A stretch of 64,000 bases of DNA from an uncultured Acidobacteriota bacterium. GTDB lineage: Bacteria; Acidobacteriota; Thermoanaerobaculia; Multivoradales; SZUA-115. The stretch spans positions 640,001 to 704,000 of the forward strand of contig CAWDVR010000001.1 of assembly GCA_963805975.1 (NCBI GenBank), written 5' to 3'. Position numbers and translations under genes: made by a program. The notes under the pieces were generated by a model. That model was given only the letters and a program-made list of their open reading frames with translations, was not told the origin of the DNA and made no database searches. Below, in pieces: positions 7,979 to 19,128 of this stretch (positions are counted from its first letter, which is position 1; every line of letters starts with the position of its first letter).

Positions 7979-10444
7979 GTGGCAGCCCTTGGCAAAGAGA
8001 TCCGGCAGACCTGGCGGCGGCTGGCCCGCGCGCCGCTCTTCACCACCGTCGCGGTCCTCACCCTGGCGATCGGCATCGGCGCCAACACCGCCGTCTTCAG
8101 CGTGATCAACGGCGTGCTCCTGAAGCCGCTGCCGTTCCCCGAGCCCGACCGGCTGGTCGGCGTCTGGCACAAGGCCCCGGGCATGGGCATCGAAGCCCTC
8201 AATCAGGGTCCGGCCCTGTACTACACCTACCGTGAGGAGAACCGCGCCTTCAGCGAGAGTGGCCTCTGGAACGGCGACCGCGTGGCGGTGACCGGGTTGG
8301 AAAAGCCGGAGCAGTTGCGGGTGGTGCGGGTGACCGACGGCGTGCTGCCGCTGCTCGGGGTCACGCCGCAGCTCGGCCGGCTCTTCTCGGCCGAGGACGA
8401 CTCTCCGGAGAGCCCCGAGACCGTGATCCTCGCTCACGGATACTGGAAGAGCCGCTTCGGAGGCGAGCCTGGCATTCTCGGCAAGAGCCTGACGATCGAC
8501 GGCAAGCCGCACGAGGTGATCGGCGTGATGCGGCCCGAGCTGGTGTTCCTGGACCGCGACCCCAGCCTCTATCTGCCCTATCGCCTGGACCGCTCCAAGG
8601 TCTTCTTCGGCAACTTCAGCCACCGGGGCATCGCACGCCTGGCGCCGGGGGCCACGCTCGAGCAGGCCAACGCCGAAGTGGCGAGGCTGATCCCGATCGC
8701 CGTGGAGCGCTACCCCATGCCGCCGGGCTTCAACAAAGGCATGATCGAGGATGCGAAGCTCGGCCCCAACGTGCGGCCGCTGAAGATCGACGTGATCGGC
8801 AACATCCACCAGGCGCTGTGGGTGATCTTCGGCACCGTCGGCCTGGTGCTCCTGGTGGCCTGCGCCAACGTCGCCAACCTCTTCCTGGTGCGCGCCGAGA
8901 GCCGCCAGCACGAGCTGGCCGTGAGGAGCGCCCTGGGGGCGAGCCGCGGCCAGGTGGCGCGGGATCTCCTGGGCGAGAGCCTGTGGCTCGGCCTCCTGGG
9001 GGGCGTCGCCGGTCTCGGCCTCGCCTGGCTCGGGATCGAGCTCCTGGTGGCCCTCGGCCCCGAAGCGCTGCCGCGGCTGAACGAGATCACGATCGATCCC
9101 TTGGTGCTCGCCTTCACCCTCGGGATCTCGATTTTCACCGCCCTGCTCTTCGGCGCGGTGGCGGCGCTCAAGCTGGGCGGCGCCAGCCTGGTCGACTCGA
9201 TGAAGGACGAGGGCCGCGGGGCGAGTGCGGGGGCGGGGCGGCGCCGGGCGCGGAACCTGCTGGTCGTGTCCCAGATCTCGCTCGCCCTGGTGCTGCTGGT
9301 CGGCTCGGGCCTCCTGTTGCGCAGCTTCCAGGCCCTGAACCGCGTCCATCCCGGCTTCGAGAAGCCGGAGGACGTGCTGACCTTCCGGCTCTCGATCCCG
9401 AGCGCCGAGGTCGAGGGCGCCGCCCAGGTGGCGCAGACTTACGAGACCCTCGCCCAGCGCCTGGCCCAGGTCCCCGGCGTCAGCTCGGTCGGCCTGTCGT
9501 CCTCGATCACCATGGACGGCTGGGACAGCAACGACCCGATCTTCGTCGAGGAGCGGCCCACCGCCAGCGACGAGCTGCCGCCGATGCGGCGCATGAAGTG
9601 GATCGGGCCTGGTTACTTCGAGACCATGCAGAACCCGCTGCTCGCCGGCCGCGCCATCACCTGGGCCGACATCCACACCCAGGCACCGGTGGCGGTGGTG
9701 ACCGAGAGCTTGGCCAAGGCCTACTGGCCGGACCCGCGACAGGCCCTGGGCAAGCGGCTGCGCGGCAGCCCGACGGGCATCTGGCGGGAGATCGTCGGCG
9801 TCGCCGCCGACGTGCGCGACGACGGCGTGGACCGGGCGCCGACCGCGATCGTCTACTGGCCGATGCGGATGGAGAAGTGGTGGGAGGCCGACGACTACGT
9901 GGAGCGCTCCATGGCGATCGCGCTGCGCAGCTCGCGGGCCGGCTCGCCGGAGCTCCTGACCGAGGTGCAGCAGGCGGTGTGGGCGGTCAACGGCAACCTG
10001 CCGCTCGCCAACGTGCGCACGCTCGAGGAGATCCTCGAGAGTTCGATGGCCCGCACCTCGTTCACCGTGGTGATGCTGGCGATCGCCTCCTTGACCGCGC
10101 TGCTCCTCGGCGCGGTGGGCACCTACGGCGTCACCTCCTACGCCGCGGCCCAGCGCCGGCGGGAGATCGGCGTGCGCATGGCGCTCGGCGCCGGGCGCGA
10201 GGACGTGACCCGCCTGGTTCTGCGCCACGGCCTGTCGCTGGCGGCCATCGGCGTGGTGGTGGGCCTCGCCGCCGCCGCCGGCTTCACGCGGCTGCTGTCG
10301 AAGCTCCTCTTCGGCGTCAGCCCGCTCGACCCCATGACCTACGCCGGGGTCGCGCTGGGAGTGGTGGTGGTGGCGTTGCTCGCGAGCTACGCGCCGGCCC
10401 GGAGGGCGGCGTCGATCGACCCCGTGGAGACGCTCAAGGCGTAG
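7979..10444 (+). CDS. ADOP-family duplicated ABC permease (MacB/FtsX-like)
   Basis: LTLAIGIGANTAVFSVINGVLLKPLP, ACANVANLFLVRAESRQHELAVRSALGA, RRREIGVRMALGA, PARRAASIDP; two FtsX-like halves, no adjacent ATPase. Confidence 0.9.
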   Translation: MAALGKEIRQTWRRLARAPLFTTVAVLTLAIGIGANTAVFSVINGVLLKPLPFPEPDRLVGVWHKAPGMGIEALNQGPALYYTYREENRAFSESGLWNGDRVAVTGLEKPEQLRVVRVTDGVLPLLGVTPQLGRLFSAEDDSPESPETVILAHGYWKSRFGGEPGILGKSLTIDGKPHEVIGVMRPELVFLDRDPSLYLPYRLDRSKVFFGNFSHRGIARLAPGATLEQANAEVARLIPIAVERYPMPPGFNKGMIEDAKLGPNVRPLKIDVIGNIHQALWVIFGTVGLVLLVACANVANLFLVRAESRQHELAVRSALGASRGQVARDLLGESLWLGLLGGVAGLGLAWLGIELLVALGPEALPRLNEITIDPLVLAFTLGISIFTALLFGAVAALKLGGASLVDSMKDEGRGASAGAGRRRARNLLVVSQISLALVLLVGSGLLLRSFQALNRVHPGFEKPEDVLTFRLSIPSAEVEGAAQVAQTYETLAQRLAQVPGVSSVGLSSSITMDGWDSNDPIFVEERPTASDELPPMRRMKWIGPGYFETMQNPLLAGRAITWADIHTQAPVAVVTESLAKAYWPDPRQALGKRLRGSPTGIWREIVGVAADVRDDGVDRAPTAIVYWPMRMEKWWEADDYVERSMAIALRSSRAGSPELLTEVQQAVWAVNGNLPLANVRTLEEILESSMARTSFTVVMLAIASLTALLLGAVGTYGVTSYAAAQRRREIGVRMALGAGREDVTRLVLRHGLSLAAIGVVVGLAAAAGFTRLLSKLLFGVSPLDPMTYAGVALGVVVVALLASYAPARRAASIDPVETLKA

Positions 10445-10449
10445 CCGCC

Positions 10450-10818
10450 ATGGATGCCCACGAGCTCGGCGTCATCCTGAAGCGGTTCGAGGCGCCCGAC
10501 GAGACGCGCGTCCTCCAGAAGGGGAAGTTCGAGCTGGTCCGGCTCGGCGGCATGACCATCGGCCGCGCCACCTACGAGCCGGGATGGCGCTGGAGCGAGC
10601 ACGTCGGCCCCGGCGTGGGGGCCACCCGCTGCTCGGTCGAGCACGTCGGCATGGTGCTCTCCGGCGCGGCCACGGCCGCCTTCGACGACGGACGGGTGTT
10701 CGAGCTGCGCGCGGGGGAGCTGTTCTACATCCCGCCGGTGCCGCACGATAGCTGGGTCCTGGGCGACGAGCCCTACGTGTCGCTGCACTTCCTCGGCGCC
10801 GACCACTACGCCAAGTAG
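10450..10818 (+). CDS. Cupin domain protein
   Basis: YEPGWRWSEHV, CSVEHVG, GELFYIPPVPHDSWV. Confidence 0.8.
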   Translation: MDAHELGVILKRFEAPDETRVLQKGKFELVRLGGMTIGRATYEPGWRWSEHVGPGVGATRCSVEHVGMVLSGAATAAFDDGRVFELRAGELFYIPPVPHDSWVLGDEPYVSLHFLGADHYAK

Positions 10819-10857
10819 TGGTTCGCCGTGTGGTCCACTGGTGATTCTCACTCTCGC

Positions 10858-11688
10858 CTAGAGTGCGTCACGATCTGCAGTCTCCGACTGCTCTCCCCAC
10901 GCGAATAGCTGAATGCACAGTGAGATCATGTAGCTGATCTGCTTCCGACGAGCAAGGATTGCGTACCGGAACGCAGCCAGCAAAATAAGAAGCGAGGCGG
11001 CGATCAGCATCCATTTGGCTAGCGGGGACATGCCCCCTTTTAAGGTGAGAGTCACGGGGATGCAGAGGATGCTCGCTGCCGCATAGCCAAACGCGAGCAC
11101 GACCTCTGCTTGCAAAGCGTCTATCTCGCGACGCTCCTGGGTAAGTTGGTGGGCGTAGATTACATGCCAAAGTAGGTCAGCGTTGCCCTCACGAGAAAGC
11201 AGCGTAATCGTCTTCTCAAACGATGCCGCTTCATCATGGGTCAGCTTCGGGCCCCTATCCTTCCCGATGTTGGCAATGGACACGAACTGCAGAAACTCGA
11301 GGAGCATTGCTTTGTGAGCCTGGAGGGTCGCTCTAAAAAGCGCGCCTACAGGAAAAACCAGGATTGCCATTGACGACCAGCCCCATCCTCTGGACCTCGG
11401 AAGCCTAAGAAGAGTAGCTGCTGCGGGCAGCCGTCCGAGGAAGCCGAGAAGGCCGGAGAACAAGCAGAGAAGCAGCTCTAAAGAAGTCGATCCGACGACC
11501 GAGACAAACACAATAGCCAAAAGTACCAGGAAGGTATTTACTTCTTGCCCGAGTAGGACTGGCGTAAAACGCTTCATCTGCTGCAACGCCGACTCCCCGT
11601 AGAGCAGGAGGTATAGCTCAATCACGACCACTAGGCCGAGCATGTATTTATGCAGGTATCGCCACGCTCGTATGATGTCCAAGTTCAT
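10858..11688 (-). CDS. Hypothetical integral membrane protein in a lower-GC segment
   Basis: 276-aa ORF from ATG 11688 with several hydrophobic stretches; visibly more A/T-rich than the flanks. Confidence 0.55.
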   Translation of the reverse strand: MNLDIIRAWRYLHKYMLGLVVVIELYLLLYGESALQQMKRFTPVLLGQEVNTFLVLLAIVFVSVVGSTSLELLLCLFSGLLGFLGRLPAAATLLRLPRSRGWGWSSMAILVFPVGALFRATLQAHKAMLLEFLQFVSIANIGKDRGPKLTHDEAASFEKTITLLSREGNADLLWHVIYAHQLTQERREIDALQAEVVLAFGYAAASILCIPVTLTLKGGMSPLAKWMLIAASLLILLAAFRYAILARRKQISYMISLCIQLFAWGEQSETADRDAL

Positions 11689-11949
11689 CGGTTGTCTCTG
11701 TGACTCAGAGCTGAGAGAAGGTTGGGCGCCTCTTGCCACTTCGGCTTGGTCGGAAGACGCAATTCCCCACCAGTGAAGCAGCTCCCGCTAAAATTATAGC
11801 TGTGGCTCTGAAGCTTCTCCTTAGAAAAGGCTCGCAGGTTTTCAAGTTGAGAAGATAAGCCAAAGCATCCGCCGGTGCTCGGCTCGCTATGAGAGGTAGC
11901 TCAACCGTGCCGTAGATTCCGCCAGGTGGGCGAGGGCGCAATCACTCGC

Positions 11950-12420
11950 TCAGTACTCGACCTTGTCCGGCTTCGCGGCCCACTCTCGGAAGCCGGACTG
12001 GGCTTCGTCGCGCAGCAGCGGGCGCATCTCGAGGCGGCGGCCCGCGATCGGCAGCGGGATCTCGCGGTAGATGAAGTCGTCGTCGAAGCCGATGGCGGCG
12101 GCGTCCTCGCGAGTGTTGGCGAAGTAGAGGCGCGGGATGCGCGCCCAGTAGACCGCCGCCAGGCACATGGGGCAGGGCTCACAGCTCGTGTAGAGCTCGC
12201 AGTCCGACAGCTCGAAAGTACCCAGCGCCCGGCAGGCCTCGCGGATGGCCACGATCTCGGCGTGGGCCGTGGGGTCGTTCGTCGAGGTCACGCGGTTGCT
12301 GCCGCGGCCCACGATCTCGCCGCCGCGCACCACCACGCAGCCGAAAGGCCCGCCGTCGCCGGAGCGCAGGCCCTCCTCCGCCAGCCGGATCGCCTCGCGC
12401 ATGAACCGCTCGTCGCTCAT
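11950..12420 (-). CDS. guaD: Guanine deaminase (cytidine deaminase-like fold)
   Basis: GGPFG, DPTAHAE, SCEPCPMC, AAAIGFDD; adjacent to uricase. Confidence 0.85.
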   Translation of the reverse strand: MSDERFMREAIRLAEEGLRSGDGGPFGCVVVRGGEIVGRGSNRVTSTNDPTAHAEIVAIREACRALGTFELSDCELYTSCEPCPMCLAAVYWARIPRLYFANTREDAAAIGFDDDFIYREIPLPIAGRRLEMRPLLRDEAQSGFREWAAKPDKVEY

Positions 12421-12422
12421 CG

Positions 12423-13277
12423 TCAGCTCCGGCTGAGCGTGGCCTCGATCAGGCCGTAGGGCTCGTCGGTAGGCACGAAGGAGACGCCGGTCGAGTCGAG
12501 GCCGAACGGGCCCAGGTTGGCGGGGAGGTAGTGCTTGTTGGGGAGCGCCAAGCTCACCTCGCGGATCTCCGGGCAGGCCTGGAGCGCGGCGCCCGCCATC
12601 TCGTAGAGCGTGGTCTGCACCGAAGGGCTGAAGCTCCGGGCGAAGACCCCGAGCATGGCGTCGAGCACTGTGGCGTTGGCGGCTTCGAAGCTCGCGGGGT
12701 ACGCCTGCCAGCGCCAGCGGGCCCGGACCTCGGTCGAGAGGATGCGGTCGTCCGTCTCGGGCAGCGTGGTGTAGGCGTCCCGCGGAAAACCGGCGAAGCC
12801 CGAACCGGTCGACTTGAGCACCAGCAGCTCTTCGATGCCCGAGTCGAGCGCCACCTCGCCGCCGCGTGCCTCCACGGCACGCGCCACCGGCCGCCCGTGG
12901 CTGCCCGTGAAAGCGTGCTCGTGTGGCTTCCCTTCCACCTCGAGCCGGCGCCAGGCGCGCTCACCGGCGTCGACGGTCACGCGCGCCACCTGCGGGTAGC
13001 TGTCCAGGAAATGGCGGGCGAGGAGCAGCAGGAAGGGCTCGGTCTCACGGCCGAGATGCCGGTGGGCCAGCACCTGCACGGTGTTCTTCACGGTGTCCGT
13101 GGCCACCACCTTGCCGTTGTCGCCCGAGGTGTAGGATGATTCGAAGTCACCTTCGAGCCGCACGCCGACCTCGAGCTCCTTCACCTCATGGCCCTGCGAT
13201 CCCACGCCCGGCGGCGTCCGCAGCACCTTCAGCACGCGGACGCGCTGCTTGCCATAGCTGTGGGCCACGAGGTTCAT
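12423..13277 (-). CDS. pucL: Urate oxidase (factor-independent uricase)
   Basis: SYGK, VVATDTVKNTV, LKSTGSGF, TTLPETDDRILST, SPSVQ, LPNKHY; AGGGGA RBS upstream; alternative start 13283. Confidence 0.92.
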   Translation of the reverse strand: MNLVAHSYGKQRVRVLKVLRTPPGVGSQGHEVKELEVGVRLEGDFESSYTSGDNGKVVATDTVKNTVQVLAHRHLGRETEPFLLLLARHFLDSYPQVARVTVDAGERAWRRLEVEGKPHEHAFTGSHGRPVARAVEARGGEVALDSGIEELLVLKSTGSGFAGFPRDAYTTLPETDDRILSTEVRARWRWQAYPASFEAANATVLDAMLGVFARSFSPSVQTTLYEMAGAALQACPEIREVSLALPNKHYLPANLGPFGLDSTGVSFVPTDEPYGLIEATLSRS

Positions 13278-13303
13278 CCGCATCGATCCCCTACGAGAAA
13301 ATC

Positions 13304-14893
<1,590 letters not shown>

Positions 14894-14899
14894 GCGATA

Positions 14900-15461
14900 G
14901 TGCGGATCCCCGACCTCAACACCTGCGACCGCGAAGACGTTCGTCGGCGCCCTCGGCCATCTCTTCGAACATTCGCCCTGGGTGGCCGAGGCCGCCTTCG
15001 AGCGCCGGCCGTTCCGCGACGCCCGCCACCTGCACGAGGAGCTGTGCGGCGCGATGTACGATGCAGCCGCGGAGGAGCAGCTCGAATTGCTCCGAGCTCA
15101 TCCGGATCTCGGCGGGAGGCTGGCACGGCAGAGCGCGCTCACGGCTGACTCGGCGCGCGAGCAGGCGAGCGCCGGTCTCGACATGCTGTCGAGCGCAACG
15201 CTCGCCGAGCTCGGCAGCTTAGGCTCCGTCTACCGCGAGCGCTTCGGCTTTCCGTTCATTCTCTGCGCCCGGCTCAACAACTTGGAGACGATCCTCGCCG
15301 CGCTCCGCTCGCGGCTCGGGAACACGCCCGAGGAGGAGCAGGCCACGGCGCTCGCCGAGATCGAGAAGATCGCCTGGCTCAGGCTCCAGGACACCTTGAC
15401 CCAGGACAAGCTAACCCAGGACAAGCCAACCCAGGGACAAGCCAACGGAGTGACGCGATGA
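14900..15461 (+). pseudogene. uraD: OHCU decarboxylase, apparent +1 frameshift at ~14934
   Basis: Removing one A at 14934-14935 gives MRIPDLNTCDRETFVGALGHLFEHSPWVAE...LLRAHPDLG...[10 protein letters not shown]...[10 protein letters not shown]. Confidence 0.8.
15384..15444 (+). repeat. 15-bp tandem repeat, ~4 degenerate units (acccaggacaagcYa)
   Basis: ctccaggacaccttg / acccaggacaagcta / acccaggacaagcca / acccagggacaagcca, encoding the [15 protein letters not shown] tail. Confidence 0.8.
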
Positions 15462-15799
15462 CCGGAAAGCTCTCCACACACGTCCTGGACCTCACCCGCG
15501 GCGGCCCTGCCGCCGGGATGAGGATCGAGCTGTGGCGGCTGGACACCGCGCCCGTCCTGGTCAAGGCCGTTGCCACCAACGCCGACGGCCGCACCGACGA
15601 GCCCATGCTCGGCCCGGCGGAGATCACAGCCGGCGCTTACGAGCTGGTGTTCTTCGTCCGGGACTACTTCACGGCCCGCGGCATCGACTCGCCGTTCCTC
15701 GACCGCGTTCCCGTGCGCTTCGAGCTGGCGGCGAATGGCACGTACCACGTGCCACTGCTGGTCACACCGTGGGCGTACAGCACGTACCGGGGGAGCTGA
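15458..15799 (+). CDS. uraH: 5-hydroxyisourate hydrolase (transthyretin-like)
   Basis: [21 protein letters not shown]-terminal YRGS signature. Confidence 0.95.
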   Translation: MTGKLSTHVLDLTRGGPAAGMRIELWRLDTAPVLVKAVATNADGRTDEPMLGPAEITAGAYELVFFVRDYFTARGIDSPFLDRVPVRFELAANGTYHVPLLVTPWAYSTYRGS

Positions 15800-15818
15800 G
15801 GGGCGAGGGCTCCCACTC

Positions 15819-15855
15819 TTGACGCAGGCCCTGGATGCGCATAAGATATGCGCAT
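15819..15855 (+). promoter_or_regulatory. sigma70-type promoter with two palindromes (putative CcdAB operator)
   Basis: TTGACG (15819-15824), 17 bp, TAAGAT (15842-15847); ATGCGCAT palindromes at 15835-15842 and 15848-15855. Confidence 0.7.
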
Positions 15856-15873
15856 TAGCTCGGGAGGCCTCGG

Positions 15874-16119
15874 ATGTTGCCGCTCTACGAACAGCGCGCT
15901 GCCAAGAAACCCACCAACCTCAGCCTCAACAGCGATCTGCTCCGCCAAGCCCGTGACTTGGATATCAACCTCTCTTCGGTTCTGGAAGAGGCGCTGGAAG
16001 TAGTCGTCAGGCGCCGACTCGGCGAGCAATGGCTGGCCGAGAACCAGAAGGCCATCGCTGCCTACAACGAGCACGTCGAAACGCATGGCCTGTGGAGCGA
16101 CGGCCTCCGGACGTTCTGA
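15874..16119 (+). CDS. ccdA: CcdA family antitoxin
   Basis: KKPTNLSLNSDLLRQARDLDINLS, WLAENQKAIAAYNEHVE; GGAGG RBS. Confidence 0.88.
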   Translation: MLPLYEQRAAKKPTNLSLNSDLLRQARDLDINLSSVLEEALEVVVRRRLGEQWLAENQKAIAAYNEHVETHGLWSDGLRTF

Positions 16120-16436
16120 TGCCGCAGTTCACGGTCTACCGCAACAAGAGCGCGCAATCCAGAGGGGGAATTCCTTTTCTGCTCGACGTGCAGAACGACC
16201 TGCTGAGCGACCTCAAGACTCGCGTAGTGATTCCTCTCTACTCGAAGACCTTGCTCGGCACCAAGCCGATCACCAGACTGGTGCCCGAGGTCCAGGTCGA
16301 GGGTAAGAAGCTCGTCCTGATGACGCCTCAACTCGCCGGCGTCGCGGTCAAGGATCTCGGTGAGCCGGTGGCGAGCCTCGTTGAGCGCCGGGCGGACATC
16401 GTCGCTGCGCTGGATCTGCTGATCACGGGGTTTTGA
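16119..16436 (+). CDS. ccdB: CcdB family toxin
   Basis: MPQFTVYRN, FLLDVQNDLLSDLKTRVVIPL, C-terminal ALDLLITGF; TGATG overlap with ccdA. Confidence 0.88.
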   Translation: MPQFTVYRNKSAQSRGGIPFLLDVQNDLLSDLKTRVVIPLYSKTLLGTKPITRLVPEVQVEGKKLVLMTPQLAGVAVKDLGEPVASLVERRADIVAALDLLITGF

Positions 16437-16492
16437 CGCTTCGCTCGCAGCCGCCACCGACCTCGGCTGGGTGCCTGGTAGGCTTCGGGCCC

Positions 16493-17752
16493 ATGTCGCC
16501 GCCACGGGTTCGCGCTAGCTCACTCGCCTCCCGCCTCGACGAGCTGGGCCGGGTCTCCGAGGAGCCCGGCCGGCTGACCCGTACATTCCTCTCGCCGGCC
16601 ATGCGCCGGGTCCACGAGCGGGTCGGTGGCTGGATGGCGGAGGCGGGCCTCGCGGTGCGCGAGGACGCGGTGGGCAACCTGATCGGCCGGCTCGAGTCCC
16701 CGTGGCGCGGTGCCAAGACCCTGCTCCTGGGCTCGCACCTGGACACGGTGCGCGACGCCGGGCGCTTCGACGGCGCGCTCGGCGTGCTGCTGCCGATCGC
16801 CGCCGTGGAGGAGCTTCGCCGCCGCGGCCGGGTGCTGCCGTTCCATGTCGAGGTGCTGGGGTTCTCCGAAGAAGAGGGCGTGCGCTTCGCCAGCGCCTAC
16901 CTCGGGAGCAAGGGCTACACGGGCGCGTTGCGGGCCGCGGACCTGAAGCTCGCGGACGGCGACGGCGTCACCGTGCGCCAGGCGCTCGAAGCGCACGCTT
17001 TGGCGGTTGGAGGGGGCGCTCCCTTCCGCCGCCCCAGGGCCGCGCACCGCTCGCGGGACCTCCTGGGCTACCTCGAGGTCCACATCGAGCAGGGGCCGGT
17101 GCTCGAAGCCGAAGGCCTGGCCGTGGGTGTGGTCTCGGCGATCGCCGGACAGAGCCGCGTGAAGCTCACGTGGACGGGCAAGGCCGGCCATGCCGGCACC
17201 ACGCCGATGCACCTGCGCCGTGACGCCCTGGCCGGCGCCGCGGAGCTGGTGCTGGCGGCCGAGGAGCTGGCGCGAGGATCCGCTCCGCTGGTGGCCACCG
17301 TCGGCGCGCTGTCGGTGGCACCCGGCGCCGGCAACGTCATCCCCGGCGAGGTAACCCACACTCTCGACGTGCGCCATCCGCAGGATCGCGCCCATGCCGC
17401 CGCGCTCGCATGCCTGCATCGCACGGCGGAGCGGATCGCCCGCCGCCGCAGGCTCGGTCTCGACTGGCTCCTCACCCAGGACCACGGCGCAGTGGCCTGC
17501 TCGAAGGCGCTCGCCGCGCTGCTCGACGAGAGCGTGCGCCAGGTACAGGGCAAGAGCCTCACGCTCGCGAGCGGCGCCGGCCACGACGCGGTGATCCTCT
17601 CGCGGCTCGCGCCGGTCGCCATGCTCTTCGTGCGCTGCCGCGACGGGCTCTCGCACCACCCGGACGAGCACGCCTCGCCCGCGGACCTCGCGACGGCGCT
17701 CGCGGTCACGGTGGACTTCCTGGAGCGCCTGGCGGCCCGGGTCGAGGCATGA
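16493..17752 (+). CDS. allC: Allantoate amidohydrolase (M20 family)
   Basis: GSHLDTV, GRFDGALGV, EEEGVRF, EVHIEQGPVLE, GHAGTTPM, SGAGHDA; purine cluster context. Confidence 0.85.
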   Translation: MSPPRVRASSLASRLDELGRVSEEPGRLTRTFLSPAMRRVHERVGGWMAEAGLAVREDAVGNLIGRLESPWRGAKTLLLGSHLDTVRDAGRFDGALGVLLPIAAVEELRRRGRVLPFHVEVLGFSEEEGVRFASAYLGSKGYTGALRAADLKLADGDGVTVRQALEAHALAVGGGAPFRRPRAAHRSRDLLGYLEVHIEQGPVLEAEGLAVGVVSAIAGQSRVKLTWTGKAGHAGTTPMHLRRDALAGAAELVLAAEELARGSAPLVATVGALSVAPGAGNVIPGEVTHTLDVRHPQDRAHAAALACLHRTAERIARRRRLGLDWLLTQDHGAVACSKALAALLDESVRQVQGKSLTLASGAGHDAVILSRLAPVAMLFVRCRDGLSHHPDEHASPADLATALAVTVDFLERLAARVEA

Positions 17753-19119
17753 GCAGCCGGCTCGACCTGGTGATCCGCGGCGGCGAGGTGGTGACGCCGG
17801 AGGGTGTGGCCCGCGCCGATCTCGGCATTACAGAGGGCCGCATCGTGGTGGTGTCGCCGGAGATCGTCGAGCGAGCCTCCGAGGTGCTCGACGCCCGCGG
17901 TCTCTACGTCTTTCCCGGCATTCTCGACGCCCACGTCCACTTCAACGAGCCGGGACGCACGGACTGGGAGGGGCTGGCGAGCGGCTCGGCCGCGCTCGCC
18001 GCCGGCGGCGGTACGTGCTTTTTCGACATGCCGCTGAACTCGCTGCCGCCGGTGCTCGACGCCGCGAGCTTCGCTCTCAAGCGCACCGCGGCGGAGCGTG
18101 CCTCGCGCCTCGACTTCGGCCTCTGGGGCGGCCTGGTGCCGGGCAACCTCGACCACCTGGGCGAGCTGGCCGAGGCGGGCGCCGTGGGCTTCAAGGCGTT
18201 CCTCTGCGCGAGCGGGGTCGAGGAGTTCGAGGCGGTCACCGAGACCGCGGTCCTGGGGGAGGGAATGAGGCGCGCCGCCGCCCTGGGCTTGCCCGTGGCC
18301 GTCCATGCCGAGGACGACGCCTTGGTGAGCTCGCTCACCGACGCCGCGCGCCGGCGTGGGGCGACCGACGTGCGGTCCTGGCTCTCGACCCGGCCGGTGG
18401 CGGCGGAGGTGGAGGCGATTCGCCTCGCCTGCGAGCTGGCCGGCGAGACCGGCTGCGCCCTGCACGTGGTGCACGTGAGCAGCCCCGAGGGTGTTCTCGA
18501 GATCGCCGAGGCGAAGCGCCGTGGGGTCGACGTGAGCGCCGAGACCTGCCCGCACTACCTGCTGCTCACCGAAGACGAGGTGGTCCGCCTGGGCGCAGCG
18601 GCGAAATGCGCACCGCCGCTGCGCAGCGAAGCGCGGCGCCAGGCCCTCTGGGACGCGCTCCTCGCGGACAGCCTCGACACGCTCGGCTCGGACCACTCGC
18701 CCGCGCCGCCGTCGATGAAGACCGCGCTAGACTTCTTCGCCGTCTGGGGAGGCATCTCGGGCTGTCAGCACGGGTTCCCGCTCCTGCTGAGCGAGGCGCT
18801 CGCGAGGCATCCGGCGCCCGTGATCCTGCCGAGGCTCGCCGAGCTTCTGGCTGCGAACGTGGCACGGCGCTTCCGGGTCGGTCGCCGTAAGGGCCGTCTG
18901 GCCGAGGGCTTCGACGCGGACCTCGCGCTGCTCCAAGTAGGGGAGGAGCACACGCTGGCCAACTCCGACCTCCTCTACCGCCATCGGCAAGGGCCGTACG
19001 AAGGCCGCCGCTGCCGGGTCCGCGTGGTGCGCACCCTGGCGCGGGGCCGCACGGTGTTCGCGGCCGGCGAAACGTCATCCAACCCACCGGCCGGGGCTTT
19101 CCTCCGGCCGGAGACCTGA
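17749..19119 (+). CDS. allB: Allantoinase
   Basis: DAHVHFNEPGRTDWEG, DMPLNSLPP, VHAE, ETCPHYL, KCAPPLR, SDHSP, WGGISG. Confidence 0.92.
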   Translation: MSSRLDLVIRGGEVVTPEGVARADLGITEGRIVVVSPEIVERASEVLDARGLYVFPGILDAHVHFNEPGRTDWEGLASGSAALAAGGGTCFFDMPLNSLPPVLDAASFALKRTAAERASRLDFGLWGGLVPGNLDHLGELAEAGAVGFKAFLCASGVEEFEAVTETAVLGEGMRRAAALGLPVAVHAEDDALVSSLTDAARRRGATDVRSWLSTRPVAAEVEAIRLACELAGETGCALHVVHVSSPEGVLEIAEAKRRGVDVSAETCPHYLLLTEDEVVRLGAAAKCAPPLRSEARRQALWDALLADSLDTLGSDHSPAPPSMKTALDFFAVWGGISGCQHGFPLLLSEALARHPAPVILPRLAELLAANVARRFRVGRRKGRLAEGFDADLALLQVGEEHTLANSDLLYRHRQGPYEGRRCRVRVVRTLARGRTVFAAGETSSNPPAGAFLRPET

Positions 19120-19128
19120 GGCCTCTAC

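Noticed and set aside
11705-11941. 78-aa ORF in the lower-GC islet
   Set aside because: No RBS or recognisable motif; probably the upstream region of the 11688 gene.
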